The notes under the pieces were generated by a model, which had not been told where the DNA came from, did not search any database, and worked only from the letters and a program-made list of their open reading frames with translations. Positions 8,063 through 18,482 of a stretch of 27,366 bases of DNA are shown piece after piece (position 1 is the stretch's first letter; every line of letters starts with the position of its first letter). The stretch is from the IMG/VR virus record IMGVR_UViG_3300032250_000094, positions 1-27,366 of that record; one strand, 5' to 3'. Both the position numbers and the translations under genes were made by a program. This DNA is from a virus (lineage: Duplodnaviria; Caudoviricetes).

Positions 8063-8226
8063 CCAACGATCCGTTTAGGTTTAATCTACTGACCTTGGCG
8101 GATCGGCTTGGTAAGAGTATCTCAGAGATTGAAGAAATATCAATAGACGAGTATAACGAGTGGGTCGCTTACTTTAAGCTGGACGCAGAGAGGCAGAAAA
8201 AGCGTGGCTCAGGATCAAAAAATTGA
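7724..8226 (+). CDS. Tail assembly chaperone gpGT-like fusion via -1 frameshift
   Basis: Heptamer A AAA AAC at 8053-8059. The -1 frame reads LTNDPFRFNLLTLADRLGKSISEIEEISIDEYNEWVAYFKLDAERQKKRGSGSKN to TGA 8226 and contains no ATG. Confidence 0.85.
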
Positions 8227-10009
8227 CTTTTTATTCTCGGCTCACGTTTCCGGGAATGAGCAGCTTAAAAAGCTGACTGAATCTGTCGATAAGTTACGCA
8301 AGGAAATGGATGCGCTGAAAGTCGCCAATGCTGGCGTTGCATCATCGACAGATGCTGTCATCCGCAATGGCAGGCGTTATAACAATGCCCTTGATGCTCA
8401 GTCCAAAGCCTTGCGCCAAAGCCGCCAAGGTACGCAGCAACTTGGTATGCAGATCAATGACTTTGCAACCAGTGTATCAACTGGGGCAAGTCCGATACAA
8501 GCATTCAATCAGCAAATAGGTCAGGTTGGCTTTGCGCTGTCGCAAATGGGCGGTAGGCTTGGTGTTGTAGGTCGCTTCTTGGCTGGCCCTTGGGGCGCGG
8601 CTGTTCTTGTCGGCACAATGCTGCTTGGTCAGTTCAAAGGTAAGACTGAAGAGAGCGAAGAGGCCACAGCCAACTTTGGCGACTATGCGATTGCTACATT
8701 CCAAAGCGTTGGTGCGTCAATCGCCAACGGCCTAACGCCAGCCATTGAGGCAGTCCAGCCAGCACTTACGGCGCTTGAGCCTGTGATCGATAGCGTCGGT
8801 ATATTCTTTACGAACCTTGGGGTTGTTGGTGAGAAGGTCGCCAATGGCCTCATCCGCACATTTGTAATTGCCGTAAACTCAATCGCGATTGTCACGGCCA
8901 ACGCCTTTGGCATTGTGTCTGAGTCAATTATCAACACAATGAATTCTGGTATAGGCTTGGTCAACTCACTCATTGCTAAGGTTGAGGGCGCGGTCAATAA
9001 ACTTGGTGGATACGCCAACCAAGTTTCCGAAATCTTCAGCTTAGGCTTTCGCGTACCAGAGGCTAATTTTGGCAGGATCGATAAGATTGAAAACAAGTAC
9101 GCTGGTGCAATAAAGCGCACTGACGCTCTAGTTGCTGCCTCTTACAGGCAGACTCTTAACACCGACTTTATAAACATGGATGACATAGGTAACCGTGCTA
9201 ATGCGCTTGCTGCTCAGCGGGCTGCTAACAACATTAAAAAGAAAAACGGTGGCGCTAAGAGTGGTGGGGATGATTCGTCTGATAAGGCGAAGAAGGAAAA
9301 AGCTAAATTTTCCATGCTCGGCTTCTATGAAGAGTTCTTTGCCAAGGAATTTAAAGAAAACGACGAAAGCCTTGCGAAGGTCGCTGATGACCAAATCAAG
9401 TCGCTTCTGGAAACAGTTCCAGAGATGAATAAAGTCAGTCAAGAAATGACAGACATCATTTCCCGCACCCAAGAACTCAATGATTCATTCGATGCCATTG
9501 GGATGACTGTGAGCGATGCCTTCAAGGGTATGTTAACAGGTGCTATGTCTTGGAAAGACGGAATGCGTAGCCTTATTGGCTCTGTTATAGATCAACTGTG
9601 GAAGTTGTTTGTTGTCCAAAAGATTGTTGGGTTAATCAGTGGCGCACTTGGTGGGGCAACTGGGACGCCAGTAAAAGGCTTTACTCCAACGACTTCTGTA
9701 ACACCGCCATCGTTCTTTGCGAAAGGAACGACATACGCTCCCGGCGGCATGGCGGTTGTAGGTGAGCAAGGTCCAGAGTTAGTTAATTTGCCCAAAGGTA
9801 GCCAAGTAATCCCAAATCATAAAATGGGCGGGATGATGGGCGGAAATTTCAACATCAGTGTAGACGCCCGTGGTTCCAACGATCCGGCGGCTGTTCGCGC
9901 TCAGGTGCAACAGGGCATCCTTGAAGCGGCCCCAGCGATCATCGCTGCGGCAGAGTCGCGCACAATGGCTAGTATGCGTAGGCCGCGCCTTGGTGGAGTT
10001 ATGCAATAA
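8204..10009 (+). CDS. Tail tape measure protein, 601 aa
   Basis: Helical A/G-rich protein. Lambda-like N-terminal motif QLGMQINDF...GASPIQAF.QQ.GQ and C-terminal A.G....GG...VGEQGPEL. Confidence 0.92.
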   Translation: MAQDQKIDFLFSAHVSGNEQLKKLTESVDKLRKEMDALKVANAGVASSTDAVIRNGRRYNNALDAQSKALRQSRQGTQQLGMQINDFATSVSTGASPIQAFNQQIGQVGFALSQMGGRLGVVGRFLAGPWGAAVLVGTMLLGQFKGKTEESEEATANFGDYAIATFQSVGASIANGLTPAIEAVQPALTALEPVIDSVGIFFTNLGVVGEKVANGLIRTFVIAVNSIAIVTANAFGIVSESIINTMNSGIGLVNSLIAKVEGAVNKLGGYANQVSEIFSLGFRVPEANFGRIDKIENKYAGAIKRTDALVAASYRQTLNTDFINMDDIGNRANALAAQRAANNIKKKNGGAKSGGDDSSDKAKKEKAKFSMLGFYEEFFAKEFKENDESLAKVADDQIKSLLETVPEMNKVSQEMTDIISRTQELNDSFDAIGMTVSDAFKGMLTGAMSWKDGMRSLIGSVIDQLWKLFVVQKIVGLISGALGGATGTPVKGFTPTTSVTPPSFFAKGTTYAPGGMAVVGEQGPELVNLPKGSQVIPNHKMGGMMGGNFNISVDARGSNDPAAVRAQVQQGILEAAPAIIAAAESRTMASMRRPRLGGVMQ

Positions 10010-10599
10010 TGGCAACAGTAACATTCCCCTCGACCCCTAAGCCTAATGGTATGACATGGCGCTTGGTTATGCCATCGCAGACCAATGTGTCAGATTGGAC
10101 GGGGCGTAGGCAGACGATTGCATCTGGTCGGGGCTGGTGGGAGTGCCAGTTCTCATTGCCGCCAATTGTAACTAAGACACGAGTTAATGTGTGGCGGGCA
10201 TTTATTGCCAAATGCCGTGGCCGTGCAAACGACTTCCAGATACCTGTTGACCCAACACCTCAATCAGCAGCCGTAGCAACCCCATTGGTCAATGGCGCTG
10301 CGCAAACTGGTCGCACACTCAACACTGACGGGTGGCCTGTGTCATCCACAGTGCTTTTCGCTGGCGAGTTTGTCACAATCAACAACCAGCTTTTGCAGTT
10401 GACTGAGAACGTAACATCAAACGCATCCGGTGTCGCTGTGCTGACTTTTGAACCACCCGTTCGCGCTGCTCCGGCAGACAATGCGGCCATAGAGTTCAAG
10501 AACCCTTATTGCTTAATGTATCTGGTGGAGGAGCCAACGCTTGCGGTTGAGAACGGCTATGTATATAGTCTCTCACTCAATCTACGGGAGTCCTTCTAA
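10009..10599 (+). CDS. Distal tail (Dit-like) protein
   Basis: Directly follows tape measure (TAATG overlap). S..TG.RQ......WE pattern and terminal L.E.F. Confidence 0.7.
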   Translation: MATVTFPSTPKPNGMTWRLVMPSQTNVSDWTGRRQTIASGRGWWECQFSLPPIVTKTRVNVWRAFIAKCRGRANDFQIPVDPTPQSAAVATPLVNGAAQTGRTLNTDGWPVSSTVLFAGEFVTINNQLLQLTENVTSNASGVAVLTFEPPVRAAPADNAAIEFKNPYCLMYLVEEPTLAVENGYVYSLSLNLRESF

Positions 10600-11237
10600 T
10601 GGTTGATGCAACCACGCAAGCTGCGCTTGAGGCACAGATTGTTAATTGGCGTGTTATGATATACGCTGATTTTCAAGGCGATGTTCTGCGTGGTACAAGC
10701 GGCCTTTATGACAAGGTTATCACTGGCAACGCTGACACAGAACTTAACGGCACTTACGACAGCTACCTCCACGATCTAATTAACGTATCGACTGTCAAAC
10801 ACAACGAAACAGGTTCTGACACAGTTTCGATTTCAATGAGCGGTCTTGTTGTCAATAACACCGACTTCTTAAATATTATCGGTGATAAGACAAAGTGGCA
10901 GGGCCGCACTGCGCGTCTTTGGTTCTATTGCGTTGACCAGAACGAAAACCAAGTAGGCTCCATTATTCCTTATTACACAGGGTACATGAATGAGGTTGCG
11001 ATCACGGGTGATGCTGAAAGCCAAACAGTAATCCTTACAATCGAAAACTATCTGGTTAGCATCGCTGGCGCACAGAATAAAACCTATCTCATCCAGAACA
11101 TTTACGATGCTGGTGATTTGTCAGGTGAGGCTGCTGTCTCTGCCGCGAACGGTATGGCTGAGGCTGGTAACTATAATTACGGCGGCGGTAGTGATCGTGG
11201 CTCAGGTGAATTTACTGGAAATGAGAACTATCGATGA
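10599..11237 (+). CDS. Tail tip/hub protein
   Basis: Position between Dit-like and NlpC-like genes; beta-rich; coupled start. Confidence 0.6.
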   Translation: MVDATTQAALEAQIVNWRVMIYADFQGDVLRGTSGLYDKVITGNADTELNGTYDSYLHDLINVSTVKHNETGSDTVSISMSGLVVNNTDFLNIIGDKTKWQGRTARLWFYCVDQNENQVGSIIPYYTGYMNEVAITGDAESQTVILTIENYLVSIAGAQNKTYLIQNIYDAGDLSGEAAVSAANGMAEAGNYNYGGGSDRGSGEFTGNENYR

Positions 11238-11632
11238 GAATAACGACTTGGGAAGATGCACTGGTCAACTACATTGCTACCAAGCGCCATGAGCCTTTTG
11301 AATACGGCGTCAATGATTGCTGCCTGTTCGCCGCCGGGGCTGTTATTGAGGTAACTGGCGAAGACCCAATGTCTGAATTTCGTGGTAAATACGACAGCCT
11401 TAAAACCAGCCTCAAGGTCATCAAAGAGATTGGCGCAGGGACACTGGAAGCAACGCTTGACGGTAAGTTTCCAGAAGTTGCAATAAGTCACGCACAAAGA
11501 GGCGACTTGGCTTTCTTTGATGGCTCTGTTGGTGTAGTGATGGGTGGCTTCGCCTACTTCGCTTCTGATGATGGCTTAGAACAAATCCCGCGTGATATGT
11601 GGGACAAATGCTGGAGTGTTGGCCGTGGGTAA
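11234..11632 (+). CDS. NlpC/P60-like tail assembly protein
   Basis: PFEYGVNDCCLFAA motif and later RGD; usual position before the central fibre. Confidence 0.75.
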   Translation: MRITTWEDALVNYIATKRHEPFEYGVNDCCLFAAGAVIEVTGEDPMSEFRGKYDSLKTSLKVIKEIGAGTLEATLDGKFPEVAISHAQRGDLAFFDGSVGVVMGGFAYFASDDGLEQIPRDMWDKCWSVGRG

Positions 11633-14600
11633 AACTCTAAAAACAGTTGCGATAATTGCTGCCGCTGTTGCGGTGGCTGTTTTTGCTCCGCAAATTGCGC
11701 CGATATTTTTAAGTGCATCAGCAACGGCAGCGACTACAGCCGCTACGGTTGCAACTATTACAGCTATAGGCGCTTCGATTGCGCTTTCTACAGCATCGAT
11801 GGCATTGTTTGGTCCTAAAGTACCAAAGACCCAGTTGTCTCGCCTCAGCGTGAGCCTAGACCCGTCCACGCCACGCAAGGCTGTGTTCGGTACAACGGCA
11901 ATGCCCCTCGACCTCCGGTATCATGAATCCAGCGGTACGGACCAAGAGTATGTCGATTACATAGTTGCTGTTGCTGCCCACAAGGTCGGTTCAATCGATG
12001 AAATCTGGTTTGAAGAGAAACAGGCGTGGACAGCGACTGGTGGTGTCACTGGTACTTACGCCGGATACCTGACGGTCACAACGCGCACTGAAGGTAGCGC
12101 CGCAAACTATATCTCAATAAATGGCGGCGGTAAGTGGGGATCATCTCGCCGCTTAACGGGTTGCGCCTATGTGCATTTACGTATCAAGCGCACGGGCAAC
12201 ACCAAGAAGGCCGAAAGCCCATTGGCGAGTGGCCTACCTAGCCGTGTTACTATTATTGGTGACGGCGCTCGTCTTTATGACCCACGCAAAGACAGTACAG
12301 TCCCCGGTGGTTCTGGATCACATCGCGCTACAGACCAAGCAACTTGGGGCGCTTACACTGACGCCGACGATACTGATAACCCTGCTCTCCAGTTGCTCTG
12401 GTGGCTGATTGGCTGGCAAATCAATGGCAAGTTATCGGTTGGTTGCGGTGTGCCGTATAATCGCATCGATATGGCATCGTTCATTACGGCTGCAAACATA
12501 TGCGATGAAAACGTAACGCTGGCAATAGGTGGGACGCAAAAGCGTTACCGCTCCAGTGGCACTGCCTCAGATGCTGATGACCGCTTGGATATTATTAACA
12601 ATTTGCTGGTTTGCATGAACGGTACGCTTCGTGACAATGGCGGCAAATTGACAGTCACGGCAATGAAGAATGATCTTGCCAACTATGTTCTAACTTTCAA
12701 CGAAAATGATATGCTTGGCGGGTTCGATTGGCAGCAAACCCGTGGCCTGACTGAGAATTACAATATTGTTCGTGGGCGCTATGTCGATCCGTCGCCAAAC
12801 AGCCTTTATCAAATGGTCGATTACCCAGAAATAGAACTTGCTGTTGCAGACGGTATTGAGCGCGTCATGTCGCTTGATTTACCATACATTGAAGATGGTC
12901 GTCGCGCTCAACGCATCGCCAAACAAGTATTCCAGCGCAACCAGTATCGCGGCATGTTCTCCACCACCTTTAACGCCAAGGCTCTTGGCTGTCAGGTTGG
13001 CGATGTCGTTCGCATAAATCTTGAAGCACTTGGATGGACTAACAAGTTATTCCGCGTTGTTAGCCAAGAGATTCGCTTTGACGGTCAAGTGCCAATGGCA
13101 CTTGTGGAAGAGAACGCTGCTATTTACGCTTGGGATGCTGAAGACGTTGCTCCCATAACGCCAACTGCTCCTACGATTTATAACCCGCTCAACAATCCGT
13201 TCATCCTTGGCCTTGCTGAAGCAGAGGCTATAGCTGACGGCAAGATCGATAGTTACTATCAGGCCGCTGCTCCAACTGGAGCAAGCGAAGGTGACTACTG
13301 GACCGATACGGATGACGCCAACAAGTTGTACCGCTACACAAGTGGCGCTTGGGTTCTGATCCGCGACACTGGTATCCCTGCGGCTATAACCGCCGCCGCT
13401 GGAGCGCAGGCGACTGCTGATGGCAAGGTTACAACATTCTACGTCGAGAATACGCCAACGGCCACTGCTGTGGGCGATCTGTGGTACAAGCCATCGACCA
13501 AGTACCTGACGCGCTGGAACGGATCGGCTTGGGCTGATGTCGCCACCGTGGGCGCTCAGGCTGGGGCCAACTTGTTAGATAGCGCAGGAACAGTGCTTAC
13601 TGACACCGCAATTAAAAACACGGAACAACTTTGGTCTGATGTTGATGGGGTTGGACGCCCACAGGACAATGCCAATAACACCTTTGTTGACGCCAATGGT
13701 CTCATCCAAGGTGTTTCGTCTGGAGGGGGTACTGAAGTACGAAACTCGGTTACAGAAGCTAGGCAGGGTAGATTCCAGTGGCAGACAGATAAATACGCAA
13801 CAACATCAGTCATAAACCCAGCAGGGACCGTACCAAGCTATAATTTGGTTAACAGAGCGTCATTGGTTAGAAGTGTACTAGTACCTAATACTAGTACTTC
13901 CTTTACGTTTAGTGACGATAACTACTTTGGTGTAGCAAGTGCCAGTGTATTCTCACCCAGCGCATGGACATGGAATGTTACAGTAACCCATGATGATGCG
14001 GGTAGAATATATGTAAACGGTCAATCTGTTTATTCTAATCAAATAGGTACATACGCTACCTCCATTACCTTCCCTGCGGGATGGTCAACGGTAGAACTTA
14101 TGTGGGCTGAACAGGCTGGCGGGGATGCTTTCACTCTAAGCCAAGCTATAAGCGCCAGAACTGAAATTACGGACATGTGGGCTGGAACTAATCTAACAGG
14201 ATTAGTTTCTGCTGCTTCTAACACCGCTAACTGGCCTGATGTGATCGGAACGGGGCGACCAGAAAACAACGCTACGGTTGGCGCTACTGCCGGAACCAAC
14301 CTTAAAGACAGCGGCGGCACGGTTCTGTCTGATGGAAACGTTCGCAACTCCGACATGCGAGTGGCTGTTGATACCGCTGGCACTGGAGGCCGCGCAAGGG
14401 CCAGATTATTCCGTGACGAAGGTGTCACCATTATCAACGAAGTTGAGTTGCCGAGCGTTGTTCAGAACAAAGACCAAATTTGGGCTGATATTAGCGGCAC
14501 AGGTATCCCAGACGATTACGCGGACGTTACAAGCGAAAACACTGCCGCTGCAATTTCTGGGCAAGGCCCCGGCGCTACTGCGGCTGCTAATCGAGTTTTG

Positions 14601-17600
14601 AATGACCGCTATGAAGGTCTTGTCAGAACAATTGCACAACCAGATGGTGGTCAATATTACACTGGTGACGGTCTATCTACAGGTCAATTGCAAATAGCAA
14701 TGCCGTTTGGTGGGACCGCAAACGGAATGATTTCGTTTGAACTCAATATTTATGATTATAATACTGACAAAACCGTCAAATACATAATTGGCGGATACCA
14801 TTACATGAATGGGTCAAATCCTTGGTGGGTAAACGTATCCGCTCAGTATTTTGGACCTCGTGGTTTTTCGCGCCCTGTCAAATTTGGCTCGTCTTCCTCT
14901 AAAGGACATATTTGGATTGGGAATGTAGGTGACACTTGGAACTACAGTGTAATCTCTATTAAAAACCTACAGGTTGGCTATCGTGGACAAGATTTAAGCT
15001 GGGAAAGCGGTTGGGCTTTATCACTTAACAACAGTGATATTTCTGGATCGGTTATAGCCTCCGTTGCCACCCCCCGTGCTGGGGATCAGGTTTTTGGCGA
15101 AGGTCTATTCGAAGTTAGCAACGGTGCTGTTGCAACTCTACCCAATTTCAAGACGGCGCAAGGTACAGCCGCCGCAATCGCTGGACAGGGTTCGCTTGCG
15201 ACCTCAAACACCGCCGATTGGGCAAGCCAGATTGCGAGTCGCCCTGTTGAACTTACGGATGGCCGGATCACCAATGGGTTTAACAATCAAGGTCGTTTGA
15301 GAAGCGGTATTCAGCTTGATGCAAGCAGTGCGTTTACGCCAGCAATTGAAGTTGTTGGCGCTCTAAAGGGAACCAACCTAAATAAGAACCCAGAGTTCTT
15401 TGGGAACAGTTTGGCAGGCTACAGCGTCTACAATAATAATGGTGATGGCTCCGTTAACCTAGCAAGCAGATACGACGCAACCGTTCCCAACGGTTCTGGG
15501 TATGCGATGGAAGTCAACTACACGGGTGGCAACCCAACACCCGGTTATGGTGGTTTCACGATAAGTTTAGCAGGGACATTCGGTCAATCTCGACCGGGTT
15601 ATTATACGCAGAACGCAACCATTTATTATTACTTCTGGGCCGTGATCCCCGCTGGTCGGCGCTTGGAATTCCACACCAATGCTTACGGTGACGGCGGCAC
15701 TTGGGAGTGGGTTAGTGACACCGCTGGGACTGGTGGCTGGAAGAAGTACATTGGTAAGCAAGTTACTGGTATTGGTGGAACACTCTCGATCACCGGATAC
15801 TTTGCTGTTCATGATGGCCCTAACACACCATTCACTTGGGTTGTCGGCAAGCTTGATGTCATGGATGTTTCGGCTGTCCCGAAAAGCTTTTTGGGCAATG
15901 GTAACTTGTATGAGCAAGACGGCGGCTACAGACTGACCAACGCCAACTCTATCACCTCATTCGGAACAGCCGCTGCTATTTCTGGACAAGGAGCCTTGGC
16001 TACAAGGAACGATGTAACTGACAGCCAATTGGGTAGCACTCTTGCAGCCAGAGTTGCACCGTTTTCTGGAGATCAAAACTACCTTTCTGCGGGGCGGGTT
16101 GCTTGGGATGTAACAGGAAGCACCGTTCAGTCATTGAAGCCTGCGGAAGCTGGGGCAAACGTAACCGAAAGCAGAACGGCTGCGGCCATCGCCAGCCAAG
16201 GTTATTTTGCAACAAGGAACTACGTTTTCGGCGGAGGCCCCGGAACACTAGGTGACGGGCGGTTAATAAATGAAGACAACACCCGCTATATAACCGACGC
16301 TGGTTATTACACACCCGTTGGCACGGCTGCGGCTATTGCTGGGCAAGGTGGCTTTGCCACTAGGAGCAGCGCATCATATGGCGATGGTAGCTTGCTTGGC
16401 TTTGACTATCTGGCAACTAGAGAGCGCATTCAATTAGGCAACGGAAGCGGAAACGCCAGACTAGCTGATGAAAATAACAACTATTGGGTGACCAACGCTT
16501 TGGCGATCACCTCGCTTGGCACATCCGCTGCTATAGCTGGGCAAGCCGCCACGGCGACAAACTCTGACTATTCTGCGGTTACGGGTACAACTAAGCCAGA
16601 TAACAATGCCACTGTTGGTGCTGTTGCCGGAACGAATCTAAGGGACAGCGGGGGGAGAACCCTCACCGATAGTGATGTTAGCAATACATCGCAAAGAGTT
16701 GCTGTACGACAGTGGGCCTTTAACAACGGGTCACTAAATGGCTGGACTGGTGTAGCACATAGCGGCGCGTCCCCCACGGTCACAGCGGGGACGCAGTTTG
16801 TCACGTTTACCGCCAATTCTGGTGATTGCTCTTTCAATTCTCCAGACCAAATTGGTGTCAATGGACAAATAGGTAGGTATTTGCGGCTAATGCTTTCAGC
16901 AACGGCGCAGTTGTCTGCCGGAATGCGTGACGTAGAGATTTATTTTAGCACCAACGCTTACGCTGCGATTGATGGGTCACGTTCCAAAAACGGGACTTGG
17001 ATACCCTCGAACCACCCCACAGACGGGACGCCGTTTGAGGTGCTTCTTGATATGCACAACTTGACGTTCGGTGGTAACGCTTGGCGCGACGAAACCGTTA
17101 GACAGTTACGGATTGACTTTGACCCATCAGGGGGTGGGTTTCCAGAGAGCATCCGCATTCACGAAATCAGCATAGTCTATCTAGGCACAGCTACCGTGGG
17201 GGCGCCTGTCGGCTCCCCAGTTGGCGCTTACGCGGACGCTTCTCAAATTGCGCCAGCGATTACAAGCGCAGCCACTACAGCCAACTGGCCGAACGTAACT
17301 GGAACAGGAAAACCATCCGACAACGCCAATAACACTTCTGTGGACGCCAATGGCGCGATCCAAGGCGTGTCATCTGGTGCTAACACTGTTGTGGACAATG
17401 CTAGAGTTCTGGTCGGCGCACGAAACCTGATGATTAACAGTGGGCAGTTTACTGCCATACCGGATTGGTCATCTAATGGTGCTGCTGTGACTCTTGACAG
17501 CACTGTATTGTATGGAAGCTACAATACTCTAAAGGTTGTTGGGTTTGGTGGCGCTCAAAAGAACACCGTCATGAGGCTTAAAGCCAACACGCAATACACA

Positions 17601-18482
17601 ATCAGCGCAATGGTCAAGGGTAGTGCTGCTTTAGCTGGGGGTGGGGACACAACGCTTCATATTCAAAGTTGGAGGGATGAAGACACCGGAAACGTCCACC
17701 AAGAGACTACACTGGCGGCTGATACGGCTGTTACTACTTCATGGAAGCTTATTACCCAGACGTTTGTTACGCCCAACAGCGCGAACTTGACGTACTGCCG
17801 TTTCTACTTCTATCCCCTTGCCGCCGGATTCACGCTCAATGTCGGCTACGTTAAGCTGGAAGAAGGCAACAAGGCCACTGATTGGACGCAAGCCCCAGAA
17901 GAAATTACGGCTGGGATAAACACGGCGCTACAGGCTTTTAGTTTTACGCAAGACGGCACACCATCGGCAACATTTATTGGTCAAACATGGTATAAACCAA
18001 CAAGCAGAGAGTGGTACTATTCCACTGGCACTGGGACTGGCAGTTGGCAACGTATCCTTGGCGATATGTCTGCGCTTAACGAAAATACGCGAGTTGCAAT
18101 TGTTTCGGCGGCTGGTTATTTTGCCTCAAACAACTACTCCCATACCCCAAGCGTTCCATCAATCATTACCAGTTACACATTTGTCCCTGTTTCAACAGAA
18201 TCAAAAATCCAAATAACAGTTTTTGGATACATCGATAACGTGGATAGTGATGACGCTGCCAGTACAATGTATGGCCGTGTTTTCATCAATGGGTCTGCTG
18301 TGGGCAACGAGCAGATTGTCGCATATGGCAACCAAGGTGTAATTAGGAACTATTCCTTTAACGTGCCTCAGACCAGCTATTCCGGCACAACATTAGTGGA
18401 AGCTAGATTTGCTCGGTCAGGAACAGCAAACAGTTTTCCCGGATGCAGCGCAACAATCATGATTGAGGAGTTTTTGCAGTGA
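11625..18482 (+). CDS. Central tail fibre / host-specificity protein (gpJ-like), ~2285 aa
   Basis: GTG at 11625 with GGAG SD. The N-terminal ~530 aa is a tip-attachment region (G.RLYDPR.DST, NPAL, N.VRGRY.DP, GDVV). It is followed by repeated linkers and several carbohydrate-binding-like beta domains. Confidence 0.9.
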   Translation: MGKTLKTVAIIAAAVAVAVFAPQIAPIFLSASATAATTAATVATITAIGASIALSTASMALFGPKVPKTQLSRLSVSLDPSTPRKAVFGTTAMPLDLRYHESSGTDQEYVDYIVAVAAHKVGSIDEIWFEEKQAWTATGGVTGTYAGYLTVTTRTEGSAANYISINGGGKWGSSRRLTGCAYVHLRIKRTGNTKKAESPLASGLPSRVTIIGDGARLYDPRKDSTVPGGSGSHRATDQATWGAYTDADDTDNPALQLLWWLIGWQINGKLSVGCGVPYNRIDMASFITAANICDENVTLAIGGTQKRYRSSGTASDADDRLDIINNLLVCMNGTLRDNGGKLTVTAMKNDLANYVLTFNENDMLGGFDWQQTRGLTENYNIVRGRYVDPSPNSLYQMVDYPEIELAVADGIERVMSLDLPYIEDGRRAQRIAKQVFQRNQYRGMFSTTFNAKALGCQVGDVVRINLEALGWTNKLFRVVSQEIRFDGQVPMALVEENAAIYAWDAEDVAPITPTAPTIYNPLNNPFILGLAEAEAIADGKIDSYYQAAAPTGASEGDYWTDTDDANKLYRYTSGAWVLIRDTGIPAAITAAAGAQATADGKVTTFYVENTPTATAVGDLWYKPSTKYLTRWNGSAWADVATVGAQAGANLLDSAGTVLTDTAIKNTEQLWSDVDGVGRPQDNANNTFVDANGLIQGVSSGGGTEVRNSVTEARQGRFQWQTDKYATTSVINPAGTVPSYNLVNRASLVRSVLVPNTSTSFTFSDDNYFGVASASVFSPSAWTWNVTVTHDDAGRIYVNGQSVYSNQIGTYATSITFPAGWSTVELMWAEQAGGDAFTLSQAISARTEITDMWAGTNLTGLVSAASNTANWPDVIGTGRPENNATVGATAGTNLKDSGGTVLSDGNVRNSDMRVAVDTAGTGGRARARLFRDEGVTIINEVELPSVVQNKDQIWADISGTGIPDDYADVTSENTAAAISGQGPGATAAANRVLNDRYEGLVRTIAQPDGGQYYTGDGLSTGQLQIAMPFGGTANGMISFELNIYDYNTDKTVKYIIGGYHYMNGSNPWWVNVSAQYFGPRGFSRPVKFGSSSSKGHIWIGNVGDTWNYSVISIKNLQVGYRGQDLSWESGWALSLNNSDISGSVIASVATPRAGDQVFGEGLFEVSNGAVATLPNFKTAQGTAAAIAGQGSLATSNTADWASQIASRPVELTDGRITNGFNNQGRLRSGIQLDASSAFTPAIEVVGALKGTNLNKNPEFFGNSLAGYSVYNNNGDGSVNLASRYDATVPNGSGYAMEVNYTGGNPTPGYGGFTISLAGTFGQSRPGYYTQNATIYYYFWAVIPAGRRLEFHTNAYGDGGTWEWVSDTAGTGGWKKYIGKQVTGIGGTLSITGYFAVHDGPNTPFTWVVGKLDVMDVSAVPKSFLGNGNLYEQDGGYRLTNANSITSFGTAAAISGQGALATRNDVTDSQLGSTLAARVAPFSGDQNYLSAGRVAWDVTGSTVQSLKPAEAGANVTESRTAAAIASQGYFATRNYVFGGGPGTLGDGRLINEDNTRYITDAGYYTPVGTAAAIAGQGGFATRSSASYGDGSLLGFDYLATRERIQLGNGSGNARLADENNNYWVTNALAITSLGTSAAIAGQAATATNSDYSAVTGTTKPDNNATVGAVAGTNLRDSGGRTLTDSDVSNTSQRVAVRQWAFNNGSLNGWTGVAHSGASPTVTAGTQFVTFTANSGDCSFNSPDQIGVNGQIGRYLRLMLSATAQLSAGMRDVEIYFSTNAYAAIDGSRSKNGTWIPSNHPTDGTPFEVLLDMHNLTFGGNAWRDETVRQLRIDFDPSGGGFPESIRIHEISIVYLGTATVGAPVGSPVGAYADASQIAPAITSAATTANWPNVTGTGKPSDNANNTSVDANGAIQGVSSGANTVVDNARVLVGARNLMINSGQFTAIPDWSSNGAAVTLDSTVLYGSYNTLKVVGFGGAQKNTVMRLKANTQYTISAMVKGSAALAGGGDTTLHIQSWRDEDTGNVHQETTLAADTAVTTSWKLITQTFVTPNSANLTYCRFYFYPLAAGFTLNVGYVKLEEGNKATDWTQAPEEITAGINTALQAFSFTQDGTPSATFIGQTWYKPTSREWYYSTGTGTGSWQRILGDMSALNENTRVAIVSAAGYFASNNYSHTPSVPSIITSYTFVPVSTESKIQITVFGYIDNVDSDDAASTMYGRVFINGSAVGNEQIVAYGNQGVIRNYSFNVPQTSYSGTTLVEARFARSGTANSFPGCSATIMIEEFLQ

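Noticed and set aside
13665-17378. 60-bp near-duplicate (13665 vs 17319) as a DGR template/variable repeat pair
   Set aside because: The 12 mismatches are mostly third-position and not adenine-specific, both copies are coding, and no reverse transcriptase is in the window.
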